A stretch of 64,000 nucleotides of DNA from Octopus sinensis (GCF_006345805.1 NC_043003.1:76198001-76262000), one strand, 5' to 3'; positions 15,024 through 27,962 are shown, counted from the stretch's first letter. Numbers and translations are program-made. The notes: a model not told the origin generated them from the letters alone.

Positions 15024-15366
15024 CGGTGAGGCTTAGTGGTTAGAGCGTCGAGCTTACGATCGTGAGGTTGTGAGCTCGAATCCCGGACCGGGCTGCGTGT
15101 TGTGTTCTTGAGCAAGGCACTTTATTTCACGTTGCTCCAGTTCACTCAACTGTAGAAATGAGTTACGACGTCACAGGTGCCAAGCTGTATCGGCCTTTGT
15201 CTTTCCCTTGGATAACACTGGTGGCGTGGAGAGGGGAGGCCGGTATGCATGGGCGACTGCTGGTCTTCCATAAACAACCTTGCCCGGACTTGCGTCTAGG
15301 AGGGTAATTTTCTAGGTGCAATCCCATGGTCATTCATGACCGAAGGGGGTCTTTACCCTTTACCCT
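15024..15366 (+). mobile_element. tRNA-derived CORE-type SINE (OR-like)
   Basis: A box ggcttagtgg, B box gctcgaatccc, core-like gtgttcttgagcaaggcactttatttcacgttgctccagttcactc, (TTACCCT)n tail. Confidence 0.85.
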
Positions 15367-15962
15367 ATTAGTGATTGTTACATTAGGTTTCAGTCAACCA
15401 CTCTATCAAACTTACAGAACTTAAATCTTTCAATATATAATGCAGGCAACATTTACAAAGATAAACTTCTTAAGTAGAAGCAGTATCTTTGAACAGCTAA
15501 CAGAGTTATCATTATTATTATTTTATTCTTTTTCGTTTCAGTTTTATAATATTGAACACATTTTAAAACATCTGTTAAAGCAACATTTTATCTGTGAGCA
15601 AAGTTTAAGACTAAATACTGAATCTTTCAGAAGGGTTTGATAGTCGATATTACAGGGACAGAATAGGTAATGTAATTGATATTGTATATTGGAAACACCA
15701 TAGCAAAAACATAACTTAAAATTCGATTCACAAAGATAATTGATTCTGAGGTCATCTTAGAATACATATAGGGTATTTGTACATTCGCAGATTAGCATTT
15801 ATAGTTTGATTGAGGACTAATATGGATTATCTGTGCTTATATACGTTTGCCACTTGTAAGAAAACAGACTTCATATTAAAATAATCCGTGAGAAGAAACT
15901 GTATAACACCAGCAGCAGAGAGAAAACGCTCTCATTAGAATAATCAATATCATAAGGTTATA

Positions 15963-16372
15963 TAAGCTGCCAGGAACGTTAGCACGCCGGGGGAAATGCG
16001 TAGCCGTATTTCGTCTGCCGCTACGTTCTGAGTTCAAAATCCACCGTGGTCGACTTTGACTTTCATCATATCGAGATCGATTAAACAAGTACCAGTTACG
16101 CACTGGTATCGATATAATCGACTTAATCTGTTTGTCTGTCCTCCCTTGTCCCCTCTGTGTGTATCCCCTTGTGGGCAGTAAAGAAATAGAATTGTTAGCA
16201 CGACGGGAAAAGTGCATAGCGACATTTCGGTCGTCTACATGTTTTGGGTTCGAATTCCACCGAGTTTGACTTAGCTTTTCTACTTTCGCGATCGATAAAA
16301 TAGGTGCCAGATAAACATTGGGTCGATGTAATTGATTATGCAACTCCACGGAAATTTTTGGCTTTGTACCAA
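15963..16372 (+). mobile_element. SINE pair: family A tail-1 (15963-16188) joined to a head-less tail-2 copy (16189-16372)
   Basis: Alignment to the 7807 and 14335 copies; junction aagaaata|gaattgttagc. Confidence 0.85.
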
Positions 16373-16612
16373 ATACTTATGGTTCATATTTGTATATATA
16401 CATACATTTTACATAAAGTAGTACGCAGAAGCAAGGTTATATATGACTGCTGTTTACCAAGTTCATTCTCCTCATGATGATGATGCAGGTTTAGCGAGGC
16501 TTATTTTGATTTGCTTTTAATCGCCTATCCAAATTGTCAACGGCAGAAATAGAGAATTAAAGCACCGACATGATTTTCAATGCTCAATTCATCCCATACA
16601 TATCCTTTTGTG

Positions 16613-16950
16613 CTCTAGGCACAAGGCAACTGGTACTTAATTTGTCGACCCCAAAAGGGTGAAATGCAAAGTCGATCTCGGCGGAATTTGAACTCAGATC
16701 GCAAAGACAGACGAAATACCTATTTCTTTATTATCCACAAGGGGGTAAACAGAGGGGATAGAGAAGAACAGACAAACAGATTAAGTCGATTATATTGACC
16801 CCAGTACGTAAATGGTACTTTGTTAATCGGCCCCGAAAGGATGAAAGGTAAAGTCGACCTCGGCGGAATTTGAACTCAGAACAAAGCGGCAGACGAAATC
16901 CCGCTCATCATATCGCCCGGCGTCCTAACGTTTCTGCCAGCTCTCCGCCT
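16613..16950 (-). mobile_element. SINE pair: family A tail-1 (16721-16950) joined to a partial tail-2 copy (16613-16720)
   Basis: Alignment to other copies; junction gacgaaatacc|tatttcttta. Confidence 0.85.
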
Positions 16951-18367
16951 TTCATCAACAAAGAAAATGTTGATATACATAACAACCAATCAAATGTATT
17001 TTTGAAAAGACTGGAGGCTTCTAAAAGATATATTGCGGATCGGTGACCATACAGCATAAACCCAACTGGAAACAACCAGTTTTCTTCTTTTAATTAAGGA
17101 ATAGTCTACATTGTTTTGAAAAACAACTTTCTCTAGTTTTCAACTTCTTATATTTTAATTTATTTCAGCAAGGATTCTGTTTGTGTTATTGGTGTTAACG
17201 TCTCTAAAGCAATACATCTCGCGACTGCGGATAAAATTGTCGGAATGAAACAACATAAATGTTGAGGTATTCCTGTGGATACGCTTTCGTGAACATTTCA
17301 TGAACATTTGCAAATGGCTTACTCCTCTTTGGCTAGATTTGTTACCATCTTTTATCAAATACATTCTAACTTGAAGTAAATGGTAAAGCTGTTATCATAG
17401 ATACGCTTTCCACCCATTCTTCATTTTGAGTATGACGAATTTGAAACTTCATTTTCTTGCTATAAAACAGATTATAAACATTGGCCTCGTTTTCCTGCTT
17501 TTCGTAGCATATTTGATCTTGAAATGTTCGCAAACCAAGCAAAACTAACATGTCTTCATTTGCTTTCATACAACTGTGACGTATGAAAACATTTTCGAAA
17601 GCAGCGGAGCACAATTTTTAGACATCCTGTACAATTATTCGATATCATCTTTTTGTCTAAATAGCGTCAACGTTGTGACACAGGATGCGGTATAATTCGC
17701 ATTGTAAATAAGATATGGTGTAATCACATTGCCAAATTCATAGAATTCAGATGGGATTTGCATTGGGAACGAGCTTAAATAACATATTTCCATAAATGCA
17801 TAATTAAAGGCGACAGTTTTGCTGAAAATGTATTTTATGGAAAACAAACCAGAGTTTTAAAAATTATATTGAAACCTTATGAAACCATTCTATCGTTCCT
17901 CCTTACATAATTAGAACTCCTAGTCCTCTCGGGCTGGGAGTTCTAATTATATCGTAAAATTAAAGAGAGCAGTTATTTCCAGCCTTTATGTTTCCGCATG
18001 GATAATTGTACGTAGCTATGTCAAGATTTATATGTTACAAGTTGCCAGCATTGAGCAAGTTACAGTTTCCCGATTTTGTTTTTGATTATTATAACATTGC
18101 GATACTTAATTTTGGTTTATAGCTGCTGTATATTTAAATCTCCATTCACCTTCCAATTCATCATCATCTGCATCAGCATCAGCATCATCGTCATCATCAT
18201 TATCATCATCACCATCAACACAGCTGATGCTACTGAATTTTTACCCAAACAATCAGTTGTGAAATACAGCTCATCGATGAAAGTCATGGTTTACTACTAC
18301 TGCTACCAAGCCTAATTCAAACAAAAACGGAGGGATATTCCTCTTCGAACAATGGCATACTATCTCT

Positions 18368-18400
<33 letters not shown>

Positions 18401-18417
18401 TCTCTCTCTCTCTCTCG

Positions 18418-18720
18418 TTTACTTGTTTCAGTCATGTACTATGGCCATGCTGGAGCACCGCCTTTAGTCGAGCAAATCAACCACAGGACTTATTCTTTGT
18501 AAGCTTAGTACTTATTCTATCGGTCTCTTTTGCCGAACCGCTTTGTCACGGGGGCGCAAATACACCACCATCGGTTGTCAAGCGATGTTGGGGGGGGGGC
18601 AATCACAGACATACAAACATAGACATACGTACACTTATATATATATATATATAAATACATATATACGGCGAGCTTCTTTCAGTTTCCGTCTACCAAATCC
18701 ATTCAGAAGGATTTGGGCCG
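18418..18720 (-). mobile_element. SINE family B, 5'-truncated, with internal microsatellite
   Basis: Reverse complement of the 34975-35160 tail and the 34400-34440 body. Confidence 0.85.
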
Positions 18721-18927
18721 CCCTCTATTTATCTACTCGTGAAGTAATTCAATCGTGAATTTCATCACCCACAACATGGACAAAGTTTCTTCTTAAGAAA
18801 AATACATATTCAAATAAGTAAAACATAATACCATGAATAGCGATAGCGAAACCGGTCGATATATTAAAAATCATATTAAAACTATGTAAGTGCGCATATT
18901 TTCCTTTTTTAATTTCGGATATATATA

Positions 18928-19082
18928 GTTAATCCAAACAAGAAAACACAGAAAAAAAGAGAAAAAAAAACACAGCAACGCAGGACGTGGAACAATTAAA
19001 GTATTATTGACGCTCAGGAAAGAAGGGAAGGAGGGTTTAACGTTTCGAGCGGAGCTCTTCGTCGGAAACAAGGAGAAGGAAA

Positions 19083-19085
<3 letters not shown>
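18928..19085 (-). mobile_element. Short PLE pLTR-like repeat carrying a hammerhead motif
   Basis: HHR-like fold at 19035-19069; TA runs on both sides. Confidence 0.5.
19035..19069 (-). ncRNA. Minimal type-I hammerhead-like motif, U4C core variant
   Basis: GTTT-CCGACGA-A-GAGC(TCC)GCTC-GAAAC-GTT-AAAC. Confidence 0.5.
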
Positions 19086-19148
<63 letters not shown>

Positions 19149-19449
19149 TATATATGTATATATATACATATTTCACACAAGTACTCATACAGTCTACGTG
19201 CATAGAATCACACGCGCACCCACACATATAGTCAACAAAGATTGCAGAATTCCTATCGCAGTTCCAGTGACACTACTATCAAAACTGTGGATGGCATCAG
19301 GTAGCCATGGGCAGTGAAAATGCTTTAAGCGGCATACTACTAGGTAAATACCCCAAGTTTTAATAATTACATAGACATAAACACACACACTCACACATAT
19401 ATATTTATGTGCGTGTATATATGTATACTTACATATATGTATATATACC

Positions 19450-21140
19450 GACAAAGAATATGATTATATTACCAATTTCACAAGTAAAACTAGCCAATTC
19501 TACGGTATACCTAAGATCCACAAAAGTGAAAAAATAAGCAACGCATGCAAGATAGCTACAGACAAAATAATTAAAGTCCCTAATCCTAATGACCTCAAAT
19601 TGAGACCCATAATAGCAGGTCCCGCATGCGAAACCCACCGCCTCAGTAACTTTTTAGACACCCTGTTAAAACCACTCTCTCAAACATGTCAAAAGCTATA
19701 TAGGGACGACTTAGATATGTTCAATCACCTACCGAATACTATAAACAAAAACACCATACTGGTATCCTTCGATGTAGTCAACCTCTACTCCAATATCCCC
19801 CACAACCTAGGACTAGAGGCAATCCAATTCTGGCTAGAGAATCACGCCAACGAACTACCACACCGCATCAAAAAAGAATTTGTGATAGAAGGGGTTAAAT
19901 TCATCCTGGAAAATACTTCTTCGCCTCAATGACAACTTCTACCGACAAAAATCGGGGACTGCGATGGGTACACGAATGGCCCCCTCCTTTGCCAACCTAG
20001 CCATAGGATACCTAGAGATCAGTCTGTATCGTAAGGTTCTAGAAAGATATGGCAGCCCTTTCTCCATCTACATAGAAAACAACTGGAAGAGATATCTAGA
20101 TGACTGTTTCATCCTTTGGCATAAAAATATAGAAAAACTCATAGAATTCCAGAAAATTTTAAACGGACTGGACGTAAACATCCAATTCACGATGGAATAT
20201 AGCCAACAACAACTCCCATTCCTCGATATCCTCATTAAGAAAGCTAATAATATAATAGAAACAGACATATACTATAAGCCTACAGACTCTAAGCAATATC
20301 TTCCATTCAATTCATGCCACCCCAGACACACCAGGATGAATATCCCCTTCAATCTAGCAAAAAGGATATGCACTATAGTCTCTAACGCAAACACCAGAGA
20401 CACACGACTACAAGAACTAAAAGATACCCTAATCACCAGGAACTATCCACCTTCACTTATTGACAAATGCATTCAACGTGCCCTTCAACTTAACATCAAG
20501 GAACTGAGACATCCCAAATCAAAGAAAAACTTACAACGAAAAGCCTTACCATACATCTCCACACACAACCCTCTCAATAACGAAGCCTTCGACACCATCC
20601 TCCACAACATACCCCTCCTAAAAAAAGACCACAGAATGAACACAATCCTCCAAACACACACGATCATAAAAAGCAAAAGACAGCCTAGATCCATGAAAAG
20701 TCTCCTTACACAAGCCCGAATTCACTCTTCAACACAGAAGCCGACAGTAAAAAAATGTGGAAGACCCAATTGCGGGATATGCGACTATCTAATCGAGGGT
20801 TCTGAGTTCTCCTTCAAACAGGGACAACGTTTTACAGTGAAAAGCAACTTCACATGTGCTTCGGAGAACCTAATATACTCACTATGCTCCGGGTGTCAAG
20901 AGCAGTACATAGGCCAAACAAAAAATGGTTTGCGTAAACGAATGGCCCTGCACAGATCCCAGATAAAAATTCCCCAAACAGAAAAATAGCTTTTAGCCAA
21001 CACATAGATACTTGCGCCAACAAAAAAACACCAAACTTCAGAATTTTCCCCCTCTACCAATTTAGGGACGATACAACCTCGAGACAACGAATAAGAAAGA
21101 AAATCTCTTTATTACAATACAAGCCACTTCTTAACGGGTC
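19450..21140 (+). pseudogene. Frameshifted PLE reverse transcriptase/GIY-YIG endonuclease ORF (longest open part 19964-20989)
   Basis: ORFs 19600-19932 and 19964-20989 plus flanking frames; at least three frame disruptions. Confidence 0.88.
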
Positions 21141-21289
21141 TACGACAAACAATTAATATACCTCAACTTTAGAATAAAAGAAAAAATATATATACACACA
21201 CAAATACTACACTCCATAGAATCCATTACTAATCAGCAGCCCTTCATAGCTATATTTACACCCATTCATATTCTCCCTTCTCTGTTTTT

Positions 21290-21553
21290 TTCTTCTTCTT
21301 CTTCTTCCTCTCTTCTTCATCATCATCGTTATCATCATCATCGGCATCATCATCATCGCCATCGCCACCATCATCACCACCATCTTCTCTCCTTCTCCTC
21401 CTTCTTCTTCTTCTTCTTCTCTTCTTCTTCATCATCATCGTTATCATCATCATCGTCGTCATAATCATCACCACCATCACCATCATCGTCATCTTCTCCT
21501 TCTCCTTCTCCTTCTCCTTCTTCTTCTTCTTCTTCTTCTTCTTCTTCTTCTCC
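21290..21553. repeat. Compound (TTC)n/(ATC)n trinucleotide tract in the PLE 3' region
   Basis: Direct reading; source of poly-K/E/D ORFs. Confidence 0.9.
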
Positions 21554-21903
21554 ACCCCTACCCCTTAAGTTTGTCACTAATGTTTTTTAGTATAACACCT
21601 ACGCTAATTCTATAAACAAGCCTGTCAATATAAATATTCTCCTGAATTGAACTGAGACTGCCAGCCGCCACTGACCATTCAAAATACGACCATCAGGGCA
21701 CTCCCAGATTCTCCCACCCCCCTTTCCTCACCAGCCTTCCCTCTACTACCCTACCAAGAACTCACAACTACCTCGAACACACAAGTGCAAACAAGGGAGT
21801 CAGAGAAAGGCAGAATGCCACTTAAATCTGAACAATACTATAGAAATATTCTTTTAAAAAAACTTTTCTTCTAATTTTTCTAAATTTAATTATTTAATCG
21901 TTA

Positions 21904-21941
21904 CAGTTGAAAAGGTCTCAAAATGACCGAAACCGGTACTG
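21904..21941 (+). ncRNA. Minimal type-I hammerhead with U3:A8 compensatory core at the PLE 3' end
   Basis: CAG-TTGAAAA-GGTC(TCAAAAT)GACC-GAAAC-CG-GTA-CTG; sense strand of the PLE. Confidence 0.62.
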
Positions 21942-22074
21942 AAATGTTCACTATAAAATTATTTTAGCATTTCTATTTTTTACTTGTTTTTTCATATATA
22001 TATATATATATATATAATATATATATATATATATTATATATATATATATATATATATTATTAATATATATATAT

Positions 22075-22133
<59 letters not shown>

Positions 22134-22377
22134 CATACACAGACATGACAGAAATGAATAGACATCCCATAAAACGCCGTCAATAAATTGGGTCAATGAG
22201 TTCCTTACAAATTTTCCGAATCTAATCGCGCTCATCAGGTCTCACGAATGAAGTATTTTAGGACCGAAGAGTGACTGGTAACGAGAAATAGGGTCTCTAT
22301 AAAACTTTCAAGTACCGAATACAGTAGGTAGGGTGAGGAGAAACACAGGCGCCCCAGACTAAAGGTCTCCACCCACG

Positions 22378-22850
22378 TAAGGTGTTATTATCTATTTGGT
22401 CTGATATGATATGGTTAGTCCGCTTTCAACTTTTAAACCCAAACCAAACGATAACAAAGAGATCTACTACGAGCAACTTCAGCGGCTTAAGTCAGCGCTA
22501 GAAGGAAAACGACCATATTTGGTCTCAAAACGAAAGGTGTTCCTCCATCACGATAATGTTCGCCCACATACTTCGAGGATGACTTTCCAAAAGTTGGAGC
22601 AGATTCTATGGAAAACGATGCCCCACCCACAATATTCGCTGGGCATTGCCCTATCTAGTTATCCTTTATGCTGCAACCTTCAAAATCATTTAGCCGCACA
22701 AAATATGAATTCTGTAGACGACGTCAGAAGTGTACTGGGGGAATATTTTTAGTCACGGACAAGTGAATTTTGAAGAAGTGGGATTGCAAGTCTACAAGAT
22801 AGATGGAAGGGCATTGTAGAAAATGAAGGAGAATATATTTTAGATTAAAA
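22378..22850 (+). mobile_element. Mariner (DD34D-type) transposase 3' remnant
   Basis: LHHDNVRPHTS and PHPQYSLGIALSSY resemble the mariner HDNARPH and PYSPDLAPSDY motifs. Confidence 0.85.
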
Positions 22851-22866
22851 AAGAATTGTATTAATA

Positions 22867-23089
22867 TCTGTTGTGTCTGGGGAGAGTCATTTTCTTTTTG
22901 TGCCTTATTATTTAACACACTCACCGGTTAAATTTCCACTTTTCTTTATTTTTATTGTCCTAAAATTTTCGTTGCCTTTGCAACCTTTTCAATAGTTTTG
23001 ACTCTATTTGAGAGTCAAAACTATTTTACCGGTGAGAGTGTTAAATAATAAGGCACAAAAAGGAAATTACTCTCCTCAGACACAACAGA
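22867..23089. mobile_element. 223-bp palindromic mini-element (66-bp inverted arms) with internal hammerhead motif
   Basis: 22867-22932 is the near reverse complement of 23024-23089; perfect 15-bp hairpin at 22991-23025. Confidence 0.8.
22960..22995 (-). ncRNA. Minimal hammerhead-like motif, U3:A8 core
   Basis: CTA-TTGAAAA-G-GTTGC(AAAG)GCAAC-GAAA-A-TTT-TAG. Confidence 0.45.
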
Positions 23090-23220
23090 ATATGCTTCAA
23101 CACGCGAACTCATAAAGAATCTTGCAAACCAAATCCAAAAACGAAATTTATTAATTTCAATTTTGAAAAATAAAGAAATATATAAAGAAAGTCATTTATG
23201 AGATAACCCAATACATATAT

Positions 23221-23410
23221 CCTTTTACTATAGGCACAAGGGTTGAAATTTTGGAGGAGGTAGGGCCAGTCGATTACATGACACCAGTACACAACTGGTA
23301 CTTCATTTATCGACCCCGAACGGATGAAAGGTAAAGTCGACCTCGGCGGAATCTATGATCAGAACATAGTGGCAGACGAAATACCTCTAAGCAAACGATT
23401 CTGCCAGCCA
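23221..23410 (-). mobile_element. SINE family A, tail type 2
   Basis: Aligns with 14335-14530. Confidence 0.85.
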
Positions 23411-23851
23411 TTATGCAAAGGTGTCGTAAGTTCAAAACGTTTCTTTTTCAGAGAACGAAAACTAGTTTCACCATTCATGGAAAAATCGTCGTACTACGCT
23501 TTGACAATTTTTGATATATTGGCATCTGAAGCAGCCGGAAATACGATACTTTGATCAAAAGAACCGGCTATTGCATTGCAAGCAAAAATATATATTGAAC
23601 AAAACGCATTTGGCCAACACACAATAGTTTAACATAATAGCAACGAATTTATATATGTGTTTGTATGTGCCTAAATGTGTGTGTGTGTGTATGTATGTAT
23701 GTATGCATGGATGGATGGGTGGATGTATGTATGTATGTATGTATGTATGTTTGTATATGCATATATATGTGTCTGTGTGTGCGTGTGTGTCTGGGCGCGC
23801 GCTGGTTTGTGTGCATGTGTGTGTATATATACAGAGAAGTGTGTGTCTGTC

Positions 23852-23893
<42 letters not shown>

Positions 23894-25311
23894 CGAGACT
23901 GAGAAAAAGAGAAAGGTTGTACCAACCACGCATCAGTGTAATGGTGTTTTTGTATTCCAGTCACTTGATTATGGTGAAGTTACTATAGAACAATGATTCC
24001 TAGTACCGACTGCAAGAACTCCCAATTAACTATTATTACAGCATAATTGAGGAGTTTCCGGTGCAAGTTCCCAGTATCCATTATTAATTCATTCATCGTC
24101 CTGCTTGCACAATATACATTTAAGCAAATGCACCGAGTGAGACATCTAAGTAAATAATGAGGATTGGCAACAACAGCCGTCAGTAGACTTTTATAAAAGA
24201 TAAAAGACTTACTTTTCACTTTATACTGCTTGAAGGAAACATTATAGAAAATATGTTGACGTATTTACGATCAATTCTATTGACTTACAGTATATTAGTT
24301 CATATCTAATGCAGTATATAAAGCAAGTTCCCTGAATAATTAATAGTGTAATATCTCGCTGACATTAGCATAACTCATATTTAGTACATGCGCATGTGTC
24401 TTCGTTATTAGGATATGTGTACATTTGTGAGTGTTTGTGCATATAAATGTTTTAGTATGTGTGCAAGAATATTTGACCATTTGTCTGTTTCTGTATGCTA
24501 AACAAGAATTTCGCGAAAAGAAGACTTTATTACTACCAGCACCGAAATGAATGTTATACGGCAGCTAATTTATGCGTGTGTGTATGTTTGTGTGTGGTGC
24601 CTCTGTGTGTTTGTGTACTTTTTTCTCATTCCTTCGTTCAGCTTATGACCTTAATCAGTAAAAAATTCTTGTCACAGCAACTAGCCAACGAGAATGTCAT
24701 CAGATTTCATTTCCTTACCAAATTGACCCGCAGAAATAGATTATGTATTCCTGTGAAGTATAGGGTTACGGTTGTTGATTATATATATATTATTCAAGTA
24801 AAGGAAATCGTTCCTTGATCCGCTTATAAATGGTTGTAAGCAAGTCTGGAATATTAATAATATCGTTTCACAACAGAGGATTTTGTACAATTCCATTCAG
24901 ATAAAGTTCGCTGTATCTTATCATATTTTCAGGTGCAGTAATATAGTGTAATCGAAATTCGAATGGCATAACATTTTTGGATGCTACTAAAGCGCAAATA
25001 TGCATAACAAGTGATTTCAGACCGTAATAATTTTATCCCTGGATTCTTAAATAGGAAAAGAACATTCTTCGCTCTGCACTTTGAAAGGAAACCGATGATA
25101 TCCTGCCTGAGGATGGATCAAAACTTGAGTCTCGAGCTCACATTTTTCTGTTCATCAAATTCATATTAACAATTATTGTCAATCTGTTTTATATCACAGC
25201 CAAGGCATTCTAATATTTCCAATATTCCAAACTGCCTGCGTCACCCAGAGTTATGCATATAACATATTACACACACACACACACACATTCCGCACTACAT
25301 ACATATATACA

Positions 25312-25660
25312 AGCATATGAGTAGCTACGTGGTAAGAATTTGCTTCCCAACTGCATGGTTTCAGGTTCAGTCCCACTGCGTAGCATCTTGGGAAAGAGTA
25401 TTTTACTATAGCCCAAACACTGAGGGCATTTGCAAGCTGAAAGTTAAAAGAAGCCCGTTGCATGTGTGTGTGTATGTGTGTGTATATATATGTGTGTATG
25501 TATGTATATGTGTGTGTGTATGTGTGTGAATGTTTGTGTATGAATATATGTCTTTATGTCTGAGTTTCTCACCCACCGCCGCTTGACAAACGATGTTGGT
25601 GTCTTTGGGTCCCCGTAAATCTATACAATCACTACCAGGCTGTAAATAAAGTACTGGTGG
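25312..25660 (+). mobile_element. SINE family B with internal microsatellite, degenerate
   Basis: ggttcagtcccactgcgtagcatcttgggaaag...aagaagcccgt, then (TG)n, then cgcttgacaaacgatgttggtg. Confidence 0.7.
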
Positions 25661-26276
25661 CTATGTATGCTCGCATTAGTGTATGTATTTATCTACGCAT
25701 GTCAAACCAGGCATTATCCTCACACTTCTGGGGAAAAGTGTTCCACTAATAACTGCATAACTTCGTAATCTCTTTGTCATAATAACTAATAACTTCATAA
25801 TCTATTTGTTATTCTACACCTTACTTGGGTCTTCTGTGTCAGCCATTCAAATTTCCTCCGTCATGATGTCGAAAGTGATTTGTCAGATTCTTGAATACAG
25901 CTCCGTTCCATTCCCTCTCTCTTTCCCCCTTTTTTCTCTTCTCTCTCTCTCTCGTTTTCTCTCACACACACTCATAAATATATTTGTATGTGTGTTTGTG
26001 TCAGAAACCAAGGATCGTGGTGTAGGAATAATGTTAGCTTCAAGCAAACTGTAGGAAATATAAAAAAGCAACTTTCATGAATAATGGTTGTTTATTAAAG
26101 CAGAAGATTGTAGATTTTTTCTGCATCAAAGTATGGTAAGCTGAAAAAATTAATGTTTTATATTTCACGGTCGGAACGGATGGTTGCTAGGTTTAAGAAT
26201 AGAATACAAGAGGTAAGGATAGAGTAGATAATATCTGGGCTATTTATGGTTCCTTAGCTCTTGTATGTATATATAT

Positions 26277-26318
<42 letters not shown>

Positions 26319-26321
<3 letters not shown>

Positions 26322-26581
26322 GGCGCGTGGCTTAGTGATTAGGGGCATTCGGCTCATAATCGTAAGGTCGTGAGTTCAATTCCCGGCGGCGCGTTGTGTC
26401 CTTGAGCAAGATACTTTATTTCACGTAGCTGGCAAAAATGAGTAGTACCTGTATTTCAAAAGGCCAGCCTTGTCACACTCTGTGTCACGCTGAATCTCCC
26501 GAGAACTATGTTAATGGTACATGTGTTTGTAGAGTGCTCAGCCACTTGCACGTTAATTTCACGAGCAAGCTGTTCCGTTGA
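26319..26581 (+). mobile_element. tRNA-derived CORE-type SINE (second tail type)
   Basis: ggcttagtga A box, gagttcaattcccgg B box, gtgtccttgagcaagatactttatttcacg core; homolog at 55294. Confidence 0.85.
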
Positions 26582-26587
26582 TATATA

Positions 26588-27141
<554 letters not shown>

Positions 27142-27912
27142 ATTAATGCAGTCTCTAAAGAAACTACTGGTATAAATTAAAAGAAAAATGTTAAAGTGGA
27201 GATTGAAACTATATTGTAAACTTATACGTGTGAAGTTTACTTCTTTCTCAAAGTTGATGGCCAGTACATAAAATAGCATAATTACAACTTCCTTCTAAAA
27301 CTGATTTTACCGTTATATTTGTTGAAATCCCATAGGAATATAGAATTACCAATCTAGTAAGTTACTAATTCATTTCAAAGTATCTCTGACCTTTCAAGCA
27401 CTGTAAGTTATTTCACAGCAATATTAACACAGCAAAATATGAAAACCAAGAAGAAAAAAACATGCCTTGTACCATTCCTTTTGCGTGTCTGTCAAATCGA
27501 ATAGCAAATGTAAATAGATTACTTTTGGAGAAAATATACAGAATATTGATTAATGCGAAAAGGAAATTTCCCTCTTTCCACACATGCAATTCTGGCAACA
27601 GTCGACCTTAAAAGCAAGTAAGCTAGTAGGAAATAACGTGACTTAATCACCTATTGAAAAATTGATGCTAATATTTTATCTGATGAGGGATTCAAAATGA
27701 GGGGAGCAGTCACAGATTGAGGAAATGTTAATTTGTGGTAGAATTATCACTTAAAATGCTGCTGAATATCAAGAATAAGGCATTATTCCTATTTTAAGGG
27801 GAATACTGACATCAAATATATATGTATATATATGCACAAAAATAATATAGATATGCGCTTGTGCATGTTCAATATATGTGTGTGTATCTATGTATGTTTA
27901 TATATATATATA

Positions 27913-27962
<50 letters not shown>

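Larger units (their letters stand above)
19447..21991 (+). mobile_element. 5'-truncated Penelope-like retroelement (Neptune type)
   Basis: RT motifs (FYGIPKIHK, RPIIAG, SFDVVNLYSNIP, MGTRMAPSFAN, RYLDDCF), CxxxxCxxC linker (KKCGRPNCGIC), GIY-YIG (NLIY...QYIGQT), PLLN terminus near 21135; 3' HHR; both ends in (TA)n. Confidence 0.92.

Noticed and set aside
15024-15100. tRNA-like sequences at SINE heads (also 7807, 26319, 26800-26873, 55294)
   Set aside because: No complete cloverleaf or acceptor stem; they continue into SINE bodies, so they are not tRNA genes.
21256-21577. Highly charged poly-K/E/D/R ORFs
   Set aside because: Antisense translation of a trinucleotide tract in the PLE 3' region.
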